Of a stretch of 64,000 nt of DNA, positions 32,016 to 41,095 are shown in pieces. A program made the translations under genes and the position numbers. Source of the stretch: Desulfobacterales bacterium. GTDB lineage: Bacteria; Desulfobacterota; Desulfobacteria; Desulfobacterales; UBA2174. Location: contig CAXXWC010000018.1 of the NCBI GenBank assembly GCA_963668645.2, forward strand, positions 1-64,000, given 5' to 3'. Positions within the stretch are counted from its first letter, which is position 1. Each line of letters begins with the position of its first letter. Under the pieces are notes generated by a model. That model made no database searches. It was not told the DNA's origin and saw nothing but the letters and a program-made list of their open reading frames with translations.

Positions 32016-33377
32016 ATGGACATCGCCAGATACTGGAAGACCATCGTGGACACCTTGCAGGATGGCCTGATGGTGGTGGACCCCAAAGGGCGCATCGTCG
32101 CCGCAAACCCGGCGGCCGAGCGGATCACCGGGTACGCGGCCCACGAAATGATCGGCAAGTCTTGTCGCATCCTGAACTGTACGGGATGCGATATCATCGG
32201 CCAGGGGGCCGGGGCCAAGTGGTGCAGCCTTTTTCGCAAAGGCGCCGTACGGGAAAAACGCTGCCTGATTACCCACAAGGACCGCCACACGGTGCACATC
32301 ATCAAGAGCGCCGCGGTGCTGCGTGACCAAGACGGCGAAATTCTCGGTGCGGTGGAAACCCTGACCGACATCACGGAAAAAATCCGCCAACAGCTGGAAA
32401 TCAGCCAGCTGCGCAAGACCTTCCACCTCGACGAGGGCTATCACGGCATCCTGGGCAAATCCCAGGTGATGCTCGATCTGTTCGAGTTGATCGAGAACGT
32501 GGCCCAGTCCGACACCCCGGTCATGATCCAGGGTGAAAGCGGCAGCGGCAAGGAACTGGTGGCGCGGGCGATTCATCAGGCCAGCGCTCGCCGGTCCAGG
32601 GCCTACGTCAAGGTCAACTGCGCCGCTTTGAATGAAAATCTACTCGAAAGCGAACTCTTCGGCCATGTCAAGGGGGCTTATACCGGGGCCGACCGCACCC
32701 GGGTGGGCCGTTTCGAAGCGGCCCACGAAGGGACCATTTTCCTGGACGAGATCGGCGACATCCCTCCGGCCATTCAGATCAAGCTGCTGCGGGTCCTCGA
32801 GGACCGCAAGATCGAGCGGGTGGGCGACAATCGGCCCATCCCGGTGGATGTGCGGGTCATCTCGGCCACCCACAAGAATCTGGAGGCCCTGATCGAAAAG
32901 GGCCTGTTCAGGGAAGACCTCTATTTCAGGATCAACGTCTTTCCGCTCGCCTGCCCGCCCTTGTCCCAGCGCCGGGAAGACATCCCGCTCATCGCCCTGA
33001 GCTTCATCCAGCGCAATGCGGTTACCAGCGGCAAGCGGATCGTCGGAATGACGCCCGAAGCCCTGGAGGCCCTGACCCGCTACGACTGGCCCGGCAATGT
33101 GCGGGAGCTGCGCAATGCCATCGAATATGCCTTTGTGCTCTGCCACGGCGGGGACATCGGGATCGCGGATCTGCCCAAACGGATCACCGGCGCAACGGGC
33201 CCATCCGGGGCGGTCTGCCTACCATCGGCGGGAACGAATCCGAACCGCCAGCGGTTGATCGAGGCACTGCGCAAGACCGGCGGTAATCAGTCCAGAGCCG
33301 CCAAGACCCTGGGTGTCAGCCGGGTGACGGTCTGGAAGTGGATGAAGCGCTGGCAGATCGACATGCATCAGATATAG
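32016..33377 (+). CDS. PAS-domain sigma54-dependent transcriptional activator
   Basis: Cys-rich PAS domain, GESGSGKE, ESELFGHVKGAYTGA, FLDEIG, WPGNVREL and Fis-type HTH. Confidence 0.93.
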   Translation: MDIARYWKTIVDTLQDGLMVVDPKGRIVAANPAAERITGYAAHEMIGKSCRILNCTGCDIIGQGAGAKWCSLFRKGAVREKRCLITHKDRHTVHIIKSAAVLRDQDGEILGAVETLTDITEKIRQQLEISQLRKTFHLDEGYHGILGKSQVMLDLFELIENVAQSDTPVMIQGESGSGKELVARAIHQASARRSRAYVKVNCAALNENLLESELFGHVKGAYTGADRTRVGRFEAAHEGTIFLDEIGDIPPAIQIKLLRVLEDRKIERVGDNRPIPVDVRVISATHKNLEALIEKGLFREDLYFRINVFPLACPPLSQRREDIPLIALSFIQRNAVTSGKRIVGMTPEALEALTRYDWPGNVRELRNAIEYAFVLCHGGDIGIADLPKRITGATGPSGAVCLPSAGTNPNRQRLIEALRKTGGNQSRAAKTLGVSRVTVWKWMKRWQIDMHQI

Positions 33378-33434
33378 ATTCGGTTTTTTCCATTTCGAGG
33401 CCTGAACCCATGGCCATCGCCAAGAGAGGGGAGC

Positions 33435-33839
33435 ATGCGCGTTCTGTTTTGGTACTGCGATCGATTCGCCTGGAACCCGGCCGTCAAGACCCTGGAAGAC
33501 GTTCCGGACGCCGCACCCAGCGCCTACGAGAAAGCCGTGGTGGCCTTTATCCACGTCGAGCCCAAGGATGTGGGCGACGGCGGGGTTGAAACCAAGTTGG
33601 TCAAGAACGCCAAGTGGCTGGCCCGCAAATGGGACACCGATCTGGTCATCCTGCATTCGTTTACCCACCTGGGCGAGACCAAGGCCGAACCGGCCGGGGC
33701 CAAGGTGCTCATCGACCGGGTGCAGCAACGGCTGGAAAGCGTCGCTTACCGCGCCGTCCAGACCTCCTACGGGTATTTCAACGATCTGACCCTTCAGGCC
33801 CAGGGGCATCCCCTGGCACGCATTTTCAAAGAATTTTAA
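33435..33839 (+). CDS. Free-standing archaeal-type threonyl-tRNA synthetase editing domain (DTD-like fold)
   Basis: VVAFIHVE, ILHSFTHL, YGYF and GHPLARIFKEF resemble the archaeal ThrRS N-terminal editing domain (YPFAHL, PFGYYK, GHPLAELSR). Confidence 0.75.
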   Translation: MRVLFWYCDRFAWNPAVKTLEDVPDAAPSAYEKAVVAFIHVEPKDVGDGGVETKLVKNAKWLARKWDTDLVILHSFTHLGETKAEPAGAKVLIDRVQQRLESVAYRAVQTSYGYFNDLTLQAQGHPLARIFKEF

Positions 33840-34023
33840 GACAACAAAGATTGACAAGTGCTCGGGTGGCGTCTTAAGACCGATCTTCGCCGCCGAAGAT
33901 CTGTCTGGACGGCGCCACGCTCTCATCGTTTCCGCCGACGGGCTCCGCGCTCCCCCCACAGCGCCTTGAGCCGTCTTTTTGCGGAAAGTATCCATCACAT
34001 CCCAAATGAAAGGAGATCCAAAG

Positions 34024-35703
34024 ATGCAGGTACCGCAGTTCATCGTCGGCCAGACCACCATCGGTCAGCTCGTGGATCTGGTGGCGGATCAATTCGGCGA
34101 CAGCACGGCTCTGGTCTATCACAGGCTGGGGATCCACATGAATTACCGGCAGCTGCGCGATCAATGCAACGCGGTGGCCAAGGGGTTCATGGCGCTGGGG
34201 GTGGAAAAGGGGGAAAAGGTCGCCATCTGGGCCAATAACGTGCCCCAGTGGGTGCTGACCCAGTTCGGCACCGGCAAGATGGGGGCAGTGATGGTGACGG
34301 TGAACACCAACTATCGCAGCTTCGAGCTGGAGTATCTGATGAAGCAGTCCGATGCAACGACTCTGCTGCTCGTCGGCGGGGTGCGCGCGGACGACGAATA
34401 CCTGAAAGTCCTCGACGAGGTCTGCCCGGAACTTAGGCAGTGCCGGCCCGGGCAGCTGGTGTGCGAGAAGCTGCCCAAGCTGAAAAACGTCGTTTTTCTC
34501 GGCGAATCCCAGCACCCGGGAATGTACACCTGGGAAGAGCTGCTGGCCCTGGGCGCCGCAGTCGAGGATGCCGAGCTGAAGGCCCGCCAGGACGGTATGG
34601 ACCCGGACGAGGTGATCAACATGCAGTACACCTCGGGGACCACCGGCTTTCCCAAGGGGGTTCAACTGAGCCACACCAACCTGATCGGCAACGCCAAGAG
34701 CATGGCCGAGTGCATGCGCCTGTCCTGCCAGGATACCCTCTGCATCCCGGTCCCCTTTTTCCACTGCTTCGGTTGCGTGATCGGCACACTCTGTTCCATG
34801 GTTTCGGCCACCGCCATGGCGCCGGTGGTCGCCTTCGATCCCGTCGATGTGCTCGAAACACTGCAAGCCTCGCGCTGCACGGCCCTGCACGGGGTGCCCA
34901 CCATGTTCATCGCCGAGCTGGAAGAAATGAAAAACAAGGCTTACGACACCTCCAGCCTGCGCACCGGCGTGATGGCCGGTTCACCGTGCCCCATCGAGGT
35001 GATGAAACAGGTGGTTTCCACCATGGGGGCCGGGGAGATGACCATCGTTTACGGGCAGACCGAGGCCTCGCCGGGGGTGACCCAGACCCGGCCGGAGGAC
35101 TCCCTTGAGCTGCGGGTCACCACGGTGGGCCGCGCCCTGCCCAACGTGGAGGTCATGATCGTGGACCCATCCAGCGGCAAGGAGGTCGAGCGCGGCGTCC
35201 AGGGCGAGCTGTGCACCCGCGGCTACCACGTGATGAAAGGGTACTATAAAAATCCTCAAGCCACCGCCGAGACCGTCGACCCGCAGGGCTGGCTGCACAC
35301 CGGAGACCTGGCTGTGATGGACGAAAACGGATATTGCAAGATCACCGGGCGGATCAAGGATATGATCATCCGCGGCGGCGAGAACATCTATCCGCGGGAA
35401 ATCGAGGAATTTCTCTACACCCACCCGGAGATCAAGGACGTTCAGGTGGTGGGCGTGCCCAGTCGCAAGTACGGCGAAGAAGTGGTGGCTTTTGTACAGA
35501 TCAAAGACGGGTTGCCCCTGACCGGTGAAGACCTGCGCGCTTTTTGCACCGGCAAGATCGCCTTTCACAAGATTCCGGCCTACTTCATCTTCGTCGATCA
35601 GTATCCGACCACGGCCAGCGGCAAGATTCAGAAGTACAAGCTGCGCCAGGAGGCCGTCGCCCGCCTCAACCGCGAGGCGGATGCCCGGATCGAGACGGCC
35701 TGA
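34024..35703 (+). CDS. AMP-binding acyl-CoA synthetase
   Basis: MQYTSGTTGFPKG, YGQTEASP, WLHTGD, GRIKDMIIRGGENIYPREIE and TASGKIQK. Confidence 0.92.
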   Translation: MQVPQFIVGQTTIGQLVDLVADQFGDSTALVYHRLGIHMNYRQLRDQCNAVAKGFMALGVEKGEKVAIWANNVPQWVLTQFGTGKMGAVMVTVNTNYRSFELEYLMKQSDATTLLLVGGVRADDEYLKVLDEVCPELRQCRPGQLVCEKLPKLKNVVFLGESQHPGMYTWEELLALGAAVEDAELKARQDGMDPDEVINMQYTSGTTGFPKGVQLSHTNLIGNAKSMAECMRLSCQDTLCIPVPFFHCFGCVIGTLCSMVSATAMAPVVAFDPVDVLETLQASRCTALHGVPTMFIAELEEMKNKAYDTSSLRTGVMAGSPCPIEVMKQVVSTMGAGEMTIVYGQTEASPGVTQTRPEDSLELRVTTVGRALPNVEVMIVDPSSGKEVERGVQGELCTRGYHVMKGYYKNPQATAETVDPQGWLHTGDLAVMDENGYCKITGRIKDMIIRGGENIYPREIEEFLYTHPEIKDVQVVGVPSRKYGEEVVAFVQIKDGLPLTGEDLRAFCTGKIAFHKIPAYFIFVDQYPTTASGKIQKYKLRQEAVARLNREADARIETA

Positions 35704-35866
35704 TAGAGACGGAAGGGGCAAGGAGGACCGTCACTTATGGAATGGGAAGGCCGCTTTGCGCCGGTCTGGATGGGGCGCCAAGCGGCACGAAGAGGATCCG
35801 CTGCGGGCGTGAGGCGCGGGTCCGGGTCTTGGGCCTCGCCCCCACGCGGGGCCGGTGGAAAAGATC

Positions 35867-36766
35867 ATGACGTATAATTTCGACCCGGACAAGTGGTATG
35901 ACAATGAACTTGCTTTCCTGCGGCTGAAGCTCGAATCCGGCCAAATGGCGGTGCAGGCCTTTCAAGACGCCGTGGACGCGCTCGACCGGCGCCATGAACA
36001 GATGTGGCGCCGCTTGGACGGCACCTATCAAATCCCTCAAGCTTGCCGCCACGATCGTCCCGCGGCCCGGATCGCCTGGCCGGTGCTGACCGTCGGCCGC
36101 CTGATTCGGCGTTACAAAAGGTTTCTGGCCGATGTGCGCCTCGACACGGGGGAGACGGTCACGGCCCATTGCCCCAATTCCGGGCGGATGATCGGCTGTG
36201 CCGAACCGGGCCGGCCGGTTTATCTTTCCTTTCATGACAATCCCAAGCGCAAGCTTCGCTACACCTGGGAACTCATCGACATGCCCGCTTCCCTGGTGGG
36301 CGTCAACACCCTGGTGCCCAATCGCCTGGTGGCCCTGGCCGCAGCCGCCGGCCAGGTGCCACAGCTCGATTCGGATGCCGCCATCCGGCCCGAGGTGCCG
36401 GTGGCGCACCATACCCGGCTCGATCTTTGCCTCACCGACGCCGCAGGCCGCCACACCTTCGTAGAGGTCAAGAACTGCACCCTGGTGGAAGACGGCCGGG
36501 CCCTTTTCCCCGACGCGGTCACGGCCCGGGGCCGCAAGCACCTGGACGTTCTGGCCGAGCTGCACCGCTCGGGCCACCGGAGCGTGATTTTCTTTCTGGT
36601 CCAGCGGATGGATGCCGATCGCTTTGCCCCGGCCAATGACATCGATCCGGCCTACGGTCAGGCACTGAGGCGGGCGGTGGACCAAGGCGTGGAGGTCCTG
36701 GTTTACGATACGTGCATTGATCTGGAGGGCATCGCCTTGAACCGTCGCCTGCCGCTGGTCTGGTAG
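35867..36766 (+). CDS. sfsA: DNA/RNA nuclease SfsA with an extra N-terminal domain of about 60 aa
   Basis: RRYKRFLADV, AHCPNSGRM, VGVNT, FVEVKNCTL, FPDAVTARGRKHL and IDPAYG. Confidence 0.88.
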   Translation: MTYNFDPDKWYDNELAFLRLKLESGQMAVQAFQDAVDALDRRHEQMWRRLDGTYQIPQACRHDRPAARIAWPVLTVGRLIRRYKRFLADVRLDTGETVTAHCPNSGRMIGCAEPGRPVYLSFHDNPKRKLRYTWELIDMPASLVGVNTLVPNRLVALAAAAGQVPQLDSDAAIRPEVPVAHHTRLDLCLTDAAGRHTFVEVKNCTLVEDGRALFPDAVTARGRKHLDVLAELHRSGHRSVIFFLVQRMDADRFAPANDIDPAYGQALRRAVDQGVEVLVYDTCIDLEGIALNRRLPLVW

Positions 36767-36794
36767 CCGCGGTGGGGTTTTCTTTTCCCGGGTG

Positions 36795-37418
36795 CTATCC
36801 TTTATTGATCAACAGCGCCAGGCCGAGGCGATTGGCGGTCTGGGTCTTTTCGTAAATCGAGGTGAGGTGGGCTTTCACGGTGCGTTCGGTGATGTTCAAT
36901 GCGGCGGCGATTTCCATGTTTGATCGACCCACGGCTACATGCTGGGCGATTTCCTGCTCGCGGCCGGTCAATCCCTCTATCTGCTTTTTCCGCTCCGGAT
37001 CGGCACAGGTTGCTTTCGGGCGTCCATGGGCCTCGGCGATCAGAAGCTGGATGACTTTCTGGCCGACCCAGACCGATCCGTTTTCAATGGTGTGGATCGC
37101 AGCCAGCATGCGTGCGCGGGAGATGTAGGTATTGGCGTAACCGACGATACCGCGTTTTACAAATGCGAGGCCCTCGTTTTCATCCGGCCGGTCCGAGAGC
37201 AGAAAGAACTTGATGGCCGGGGCGCCGGTGAGCATCGCCGAAAGGGTTTCGCGGTCGATCAGGGAGCGGTGGACCAAGGCCAGCTCGAACCAGCCGCGGG
37301 TGCTCAAGGCTTGCAGTTCCTTTACGGATAGGGCCTGAGTCATGCGATGGGCCCCGTTCAGGTGCCCGGCCCAGCGTTTGACCACGTCTCGATTGGCGCT
37401 TGCCAAGATGATCTTCAT
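36795..37418 (-). CDS. LuxR-family regulator with an atypical receiver domain
   Basis: LTGREQEIA...SNMEIAAALNITERTVKAHLTSIYEK; the receiver lacks the acidic pocket. Confidence 0.85.
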   Translation of the reverse strand: MKIILASANRDVVKRWAGHLNGAHRMTQALSVKELQALSTRGWFELALVHRSLIDRETLSAMLTGAPAIKFFLLSDRPDENEGLAFVKRGIVGYANTYISRARMLAAIHTIENGSVWVGQKVIQLLIAEAHGRPKATCADPERKKQIEGLTGREQEIAQHVAVGRSNMEIAAALNITERTVKAHLTSIYEKTQTANRLGLALLINKG

Positions 37419-37422
37419 CTGA

Positions 37423-38775
37423 TCAACGCTCCCTTAGCGCCATATACTTGGCCCTTAAAACCGGTTTTAAGAGGTAGGAGAGGATCGTCTTTTTGCCGGT
37501 CAGAATATCGACGCTGGTCACCATGCCCGGGATGATCGGCAGGGGGGCGTTTTCGCTGCCGAGATAGTTTTTCTGGGTGCGCACGTTGACAAGATAATAA
37601 CTGTTGCCCTGCTCGTCGGTGATACTGTCGGCGCCGATGTTCTCCACCGCGCCCTCCAGTCCTCCGTAGATGGTGTAATCATAGGCCGTGAATTTGACCT
37701 TGGCCTTCTGTTTAGGGCTTAAAAATGCGATATCCGAAGGTTTGATGCGCGTTTCAACCAGCAGGGTGTCATCAATGGGGACGATCTCGATCAGATCCAT
37801 CCCCGGCTGGATCACACCGCCGACCGTGTTGACCAAAACGCGCTTGACGGTGCCGTTGACCGGTGAGCGGACTGCGGTGCGTTGGAGCCGGTCCTCCAGG
37901 GCGATGGCGTTGGCTGAAAATTCCTCCAGTTGCGCCATCACATCGTTCAACTCCGCCTTGGCCTTGTTGTAATATCCCAAGCGCCCCTCCTCCAGCGAGA
38001 GCAGGGCCTCCTCGATCTTGGATCTGGCCCGGGGAATGGCCATCCGGGTGGCGGCGATGTCGCCGGTGATCTCGCTGGCCTGGCGCTCCAGGCGCAGCAC
38101 TTCCACTTCGCTGGCAGCCCCCTGTTTCACCAGGGGCCGGGTCAGTTCCAGTTCCTTCTGGACCAGGGCGTTGGTGCGGGTCAGCTCTGTAAGCCGGGTA
38201 TTGAGTTCGCGGATCTCCTGGCGGCGCTGGGAGACCTGTTCGTTACGGATCGCCTGGCTCGATTCAAACTCCTTGATCCGCGTGCGATACAGTTCGCGCT
38301 CCCTGCGGGCGATCTCGGGCATCTCCTTGAGGACCTCTTCGGGCACCTCGAAGTTCTCGCCGCTCGCCTCGGCCCGCAAACGGGCCGCCTTGGCCAGAAA
38401 GGACAGGTACTTGACCCGGTTCTGCTGGAAAGATGAGGAAAAGCGCTTTTCGTCGATGCGCAGCAGCAGTTGCTCTTTTTTGACCATATCGCCCACATTG
38501 ACGTGAATCTCGGAGAGGATTCCGCCTTCGAGATTCTGGACCACCTGGATCTGGCCCGAAGGGATGACCTTGCCGCTGCCCCGGGTGACCTGTTCGATCT
38601 CCGAAACGCTGGCCCAGTAAAAGAAGATCCCCACCAGCAAAATGGTGACGTAAATGATGGCACGTCCGCCGCCGGGGGTCTGGGCGAGAATCGAGGTGCG
38701 GATGTCGGTGGCCAGATTCACGTCCTGGGCCGGCATCCGGTAGAAAAGATCCTGTTTTTCGCCGCCTGTGGTCAA
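37423..38775 (-). CDS. lapC: HlyD-family type I secretion membrane fusion protein
   Basis: GKVIPSGQIQVVQNLEGGI, RSPVNG, AYDYTIYGGL and IIPGM. Confidence 0.9.
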   Translation of the reverse strand: MTTGGEKQDLFYRMPAQDVNLATDIRTSILAQTPGGGRAIIYVTILLVGIFFYWASVSEIEQVTRGSGKVIPSGQIQVVQNLEGGILSEIHVNVGDMVKKEQLLLRIDEKRFSSSFQQNRVKYLSFLAKAARLRAEASGENFEVPEEVLKEMPEIARRERELYRTRIKEFESSQAIRNEQVSQRRQEIRELNTRLTELTRTNALVQKELELTRPLVKQGAASEVEVLRLERQASEITGDIAATRMAIPRARSKIEEALLSLEEGRLGYYNKAKAELNDVMAQLEEFSANAIALEDRLQRTAVRSPVNGTVKRVLVNTVGGVIQPGMDLIEIVPIDDTLLVETRIKPSDIAFLSPKQKAKVKFTAYDYTIYGGLEGAVENIGADSITDEQGNSYYLVNVRTQKNYLGSENAPLPIIPGMVTSVDILTGKKTILSYLLKPVLRAKYMALRER

Positions 38776-38792
38776 CTTGAAGTTTCCTCTGG

Positions 38793-41006
38793 TTAGATTT
38801 TGAGCTGTCCGCTTTTGAGCGCTTCCAAAACCGAGGCCTTGGGGCCGTCGGCCACCACCGCGCCGTTGTCGATGACGATGAGCCGGTCGACCATATCCAG
38901 CATGGAGGCGCGATGGGTGATCAGCAGCAGGGTCTTGCCCTTGACCAGGCGCGCCAGGTTGCGTTTGAGCAACCCTTCGGTCTTGTTGTCCATGTTGCTG
39001 GTCGGCTCATCGAGGACCAGCACCGGCGGGTCCAGTAGCAGGGCCCGGGCCAAAACGATGCACTGGCGCTGGCCTCCGGACAATCCACGCCCGCCTTCCT
39101 GGACCTGCATGTCGAACCCCATGGGGTGTCTCTTCACGAAGAGTTCGACCCCGGCGTTCCGGGCCGCCTCCATGATCTGGGCGTCCTCGATGTTGTAGGT
39201 GCCGATGGTGATGTTGTCTCTGACCGTGCCGCGAAAGAGCATGATGTCCTGGGGTACGTAGCCCACAAAGCGTCTCAGCTCGGCCGGATCGATCTGCCGG
39301 ATGTCGGTGCCGTCCATGCTGACCATGCCACCGGTGGGTTGATAGAGCCCCAGGGTCAGCTTGCCCAAGGTGGTCTTGCCCGAACCCACCGGCCCGACGA
39401 TGCCGACCCGTTCGCCGGCCGCGATTTCCAGCGTGATGTCGTTGATCACGTTGATCTTCTGATCCGGGTAGGAAAAGGTCAGGTTCTTGATGCCGATGGC
39501 CCCTTCGAAGCGTTCCCGATGCAAGAATGACTTACCCGCCGGGCGCTCCACGGGCAGTTCCATGATGTTGTTCAGGGACTTGAGAGCCGCGCGGGCCCGA
39601 TGGTAGCGAGTGGCCAGATTGACCACCTGGGCCATCGGGGCCACGGCCTGGCGGGTGAGGATCACCAGGGCGATCAGCCCGCCGGTGGTCAGCAGGCCCG
39701 AGCTGATCTGGTAGACCCCGGCCACGACCACCGCCACCACCACTACGCTTTGCACGAAAAAGGCGAAATGGTTCACCGAGGAAGACAAAAGCCGCGAACG
39801 GACGCTCCAGCGGGAGATGAATGCCACCGCCTCTTCCCAGGACCGTTGGACCTGGCTTTCGGCCCCCAGCATCTTGATGGTCTCCAGGCCGGACAACCCT
39901 TCCACCAGCAGGGCGTTTTTTTGGCTTGCGGCCTGCAGGGAATTGCGCACGGCCTTTTGCATCGGCCCCTGGATGATGACGGCGTAGAGCAAGAGCAAAA
40001 GGATGGCCGCGATATGAATCAGGACGATGTCCTTGCCGATGTACCAGATCACGGCAAGGCCGAGGCCCACGAAGGGCAGATCGATGAGCGCCGTGATGGA
40101 AAAAGAGGTGATAAAGTCGCGTATGCTCTCGAATTCCTGTAAGTTTTTGGTGAATGAACCGATCGATTGGGGCCGGGCTTCCATGCGCAGGCCGAGCACT
40201 TTTTGCAGGAGCATCGACGAGATCCGCAGATCGACCTTCTTGCCGGCCTCGTCGACAAAATAGCCACGCAGGGCCCGCATCACCACGGCGAAAACGTAGA
40301 TCACACAGATTCCCACCGCCAGCACCCAGAGGGTCTCCACGGCGTGGTTGGGGATGACCCGATCGTAGACGTTGAGCACGAAAAAAGGGCTGGCCAGGCC
40401 GAAGATATTGATGAGCAGCGAGGCCACAAAAACGTCCCGGTAGATGCGCCAGGATTTGAACAGGGTCCCCCAGAACCAGCTGCGGGTTTTGAGGTAACCG
40501 AGGTCCTCTAAGGATTTTTGCTCCAGGCGGAATTTCGGGCCGACGAAAATGGCATAGCCGGAATAGAGCGTTTCGATTTCCTTGGGGGTTACCGATTTCT
40601 CCCCCATGCCGGTTTCGGGCAGCAGCAGCGTCAATCTCTCGCGGCCAGCTTCGGCCAGCAGGCAGGCGCTGCCGTCATTGAACAGCAACACTGCGGGGAG
40701 CTGGAAGGCGGCGAATTTTTTTAAAGGGCGTTTAATCACCCGGGCCGCCAGGTCGGCGCGTTCGGCCGCCCTGGGGAACAGTTCCACGGTAAGGCGATTT
40801 TTGACCAGCGGCAGGCCGGCGACCAGGGCGGTCTTCGAGGCCGGGCGGCTGTGGAGGCGTGCTAGCTGGACGAGGCATTCGAGAAGCGGATCGTCCAGGG
40901 GCTGGGCCCCGGAAACGGGAGGAGGCGGCGTCTCGGGCGGCAGGGTTTGTTCCGGGACGCCTGTCGCCGGCTCGGCCTGTTCTTTTCGGATCGGTTGAAT
41001 CTTCAC
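38793..41006 (-). CDS. lapB: Type I secretion ABC permease/ATPase (LapB/LssB family)
   Basis: C39-like N-terminus (DDPLLECL), NVYDRVIPN, GPVGSGKT, LSGGQRQ and LDEPTS. Confidence 0.9.
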   Translation of the reverse strand: MKIQPIRKEQAEPATGVPEQTLPPETPPPPVSGAQPLDDPLLECLVQLARLHSRPASKTALVAGLPLVKNRLTVELFPRAAERADLAARVIKRPLKKFAAFQLPAVLLFNDGSACLLAEAGRERLTLLLPETGMGEKSVTPKEIETLYSGYAIFVGPKFRLEQKSLEDLGYLKTRSWFWGTLFKSWRIYRDVFVASLLINIFGLASPFFVLNVYDRVIPNHAVETLWVLAVGICVIYVFAVVMRALRGYFVDEAGKKVDLRISSMLLQKVLGLRMEARPQSIGSFTKNLQEFESIRDFITSFSITALIDLPFVGLGLAVIWYIGKDIVLIHIAAILLLLLYAVIIQGPMQKAVRNSLQAASQKNALLVEGLSGLETIKMLGAESQVQRSWEEAVAFISRWSVRSRLLSSSVNHFAFFVQSVVVVAVVVAGVYQISSGLLTTGGLIALVILTRQAVAPMAQVVNLATRYHRARAALKSLNNIMELPVERPAGKSFLHRERFEGAIGIKNLTFSYPDQKINVINDITLEIAAGERVGIVGPVGSGKTTLGKLTLGLYQPTGGMVSMDGTDIRQIDPAELRRFVGYVPQDIMLFRGTVRDNITIGTYNIEDAQIMEAARNAGVELFVKRHPMGFDMQVQEGGRGLSGGQRQCIVLARALLLDPPVLVLDEPTSNMDNKTEGLLKRNLARLVKGKTLLLITHRASMLDMVDRLIVIDNGAVVADGPKASVLEALKSGQLKI

Positions 41007-41095
41007 GTTTTTATCATTGAAAACAGCGTCGGAAAAGGGTTAGAAGATAAAATCACGATGACGCGGTTGTCGATTACCTGAGACGAGTTCCCCAT

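Noticed and set aside
35745..35850. Two GC-rich hairpins after the acyl-CoA synthetase, and one near 58377-58410
   Set aside because: They share no sequence with each other, so they are not a REP family; ordinary terminator-like stems.
37050..37085. VpsT-type c-di-GMP motif W[FLM][TS]R in the LuxR protein
   Set aside because: The sequence is WVGQ, which does not match.
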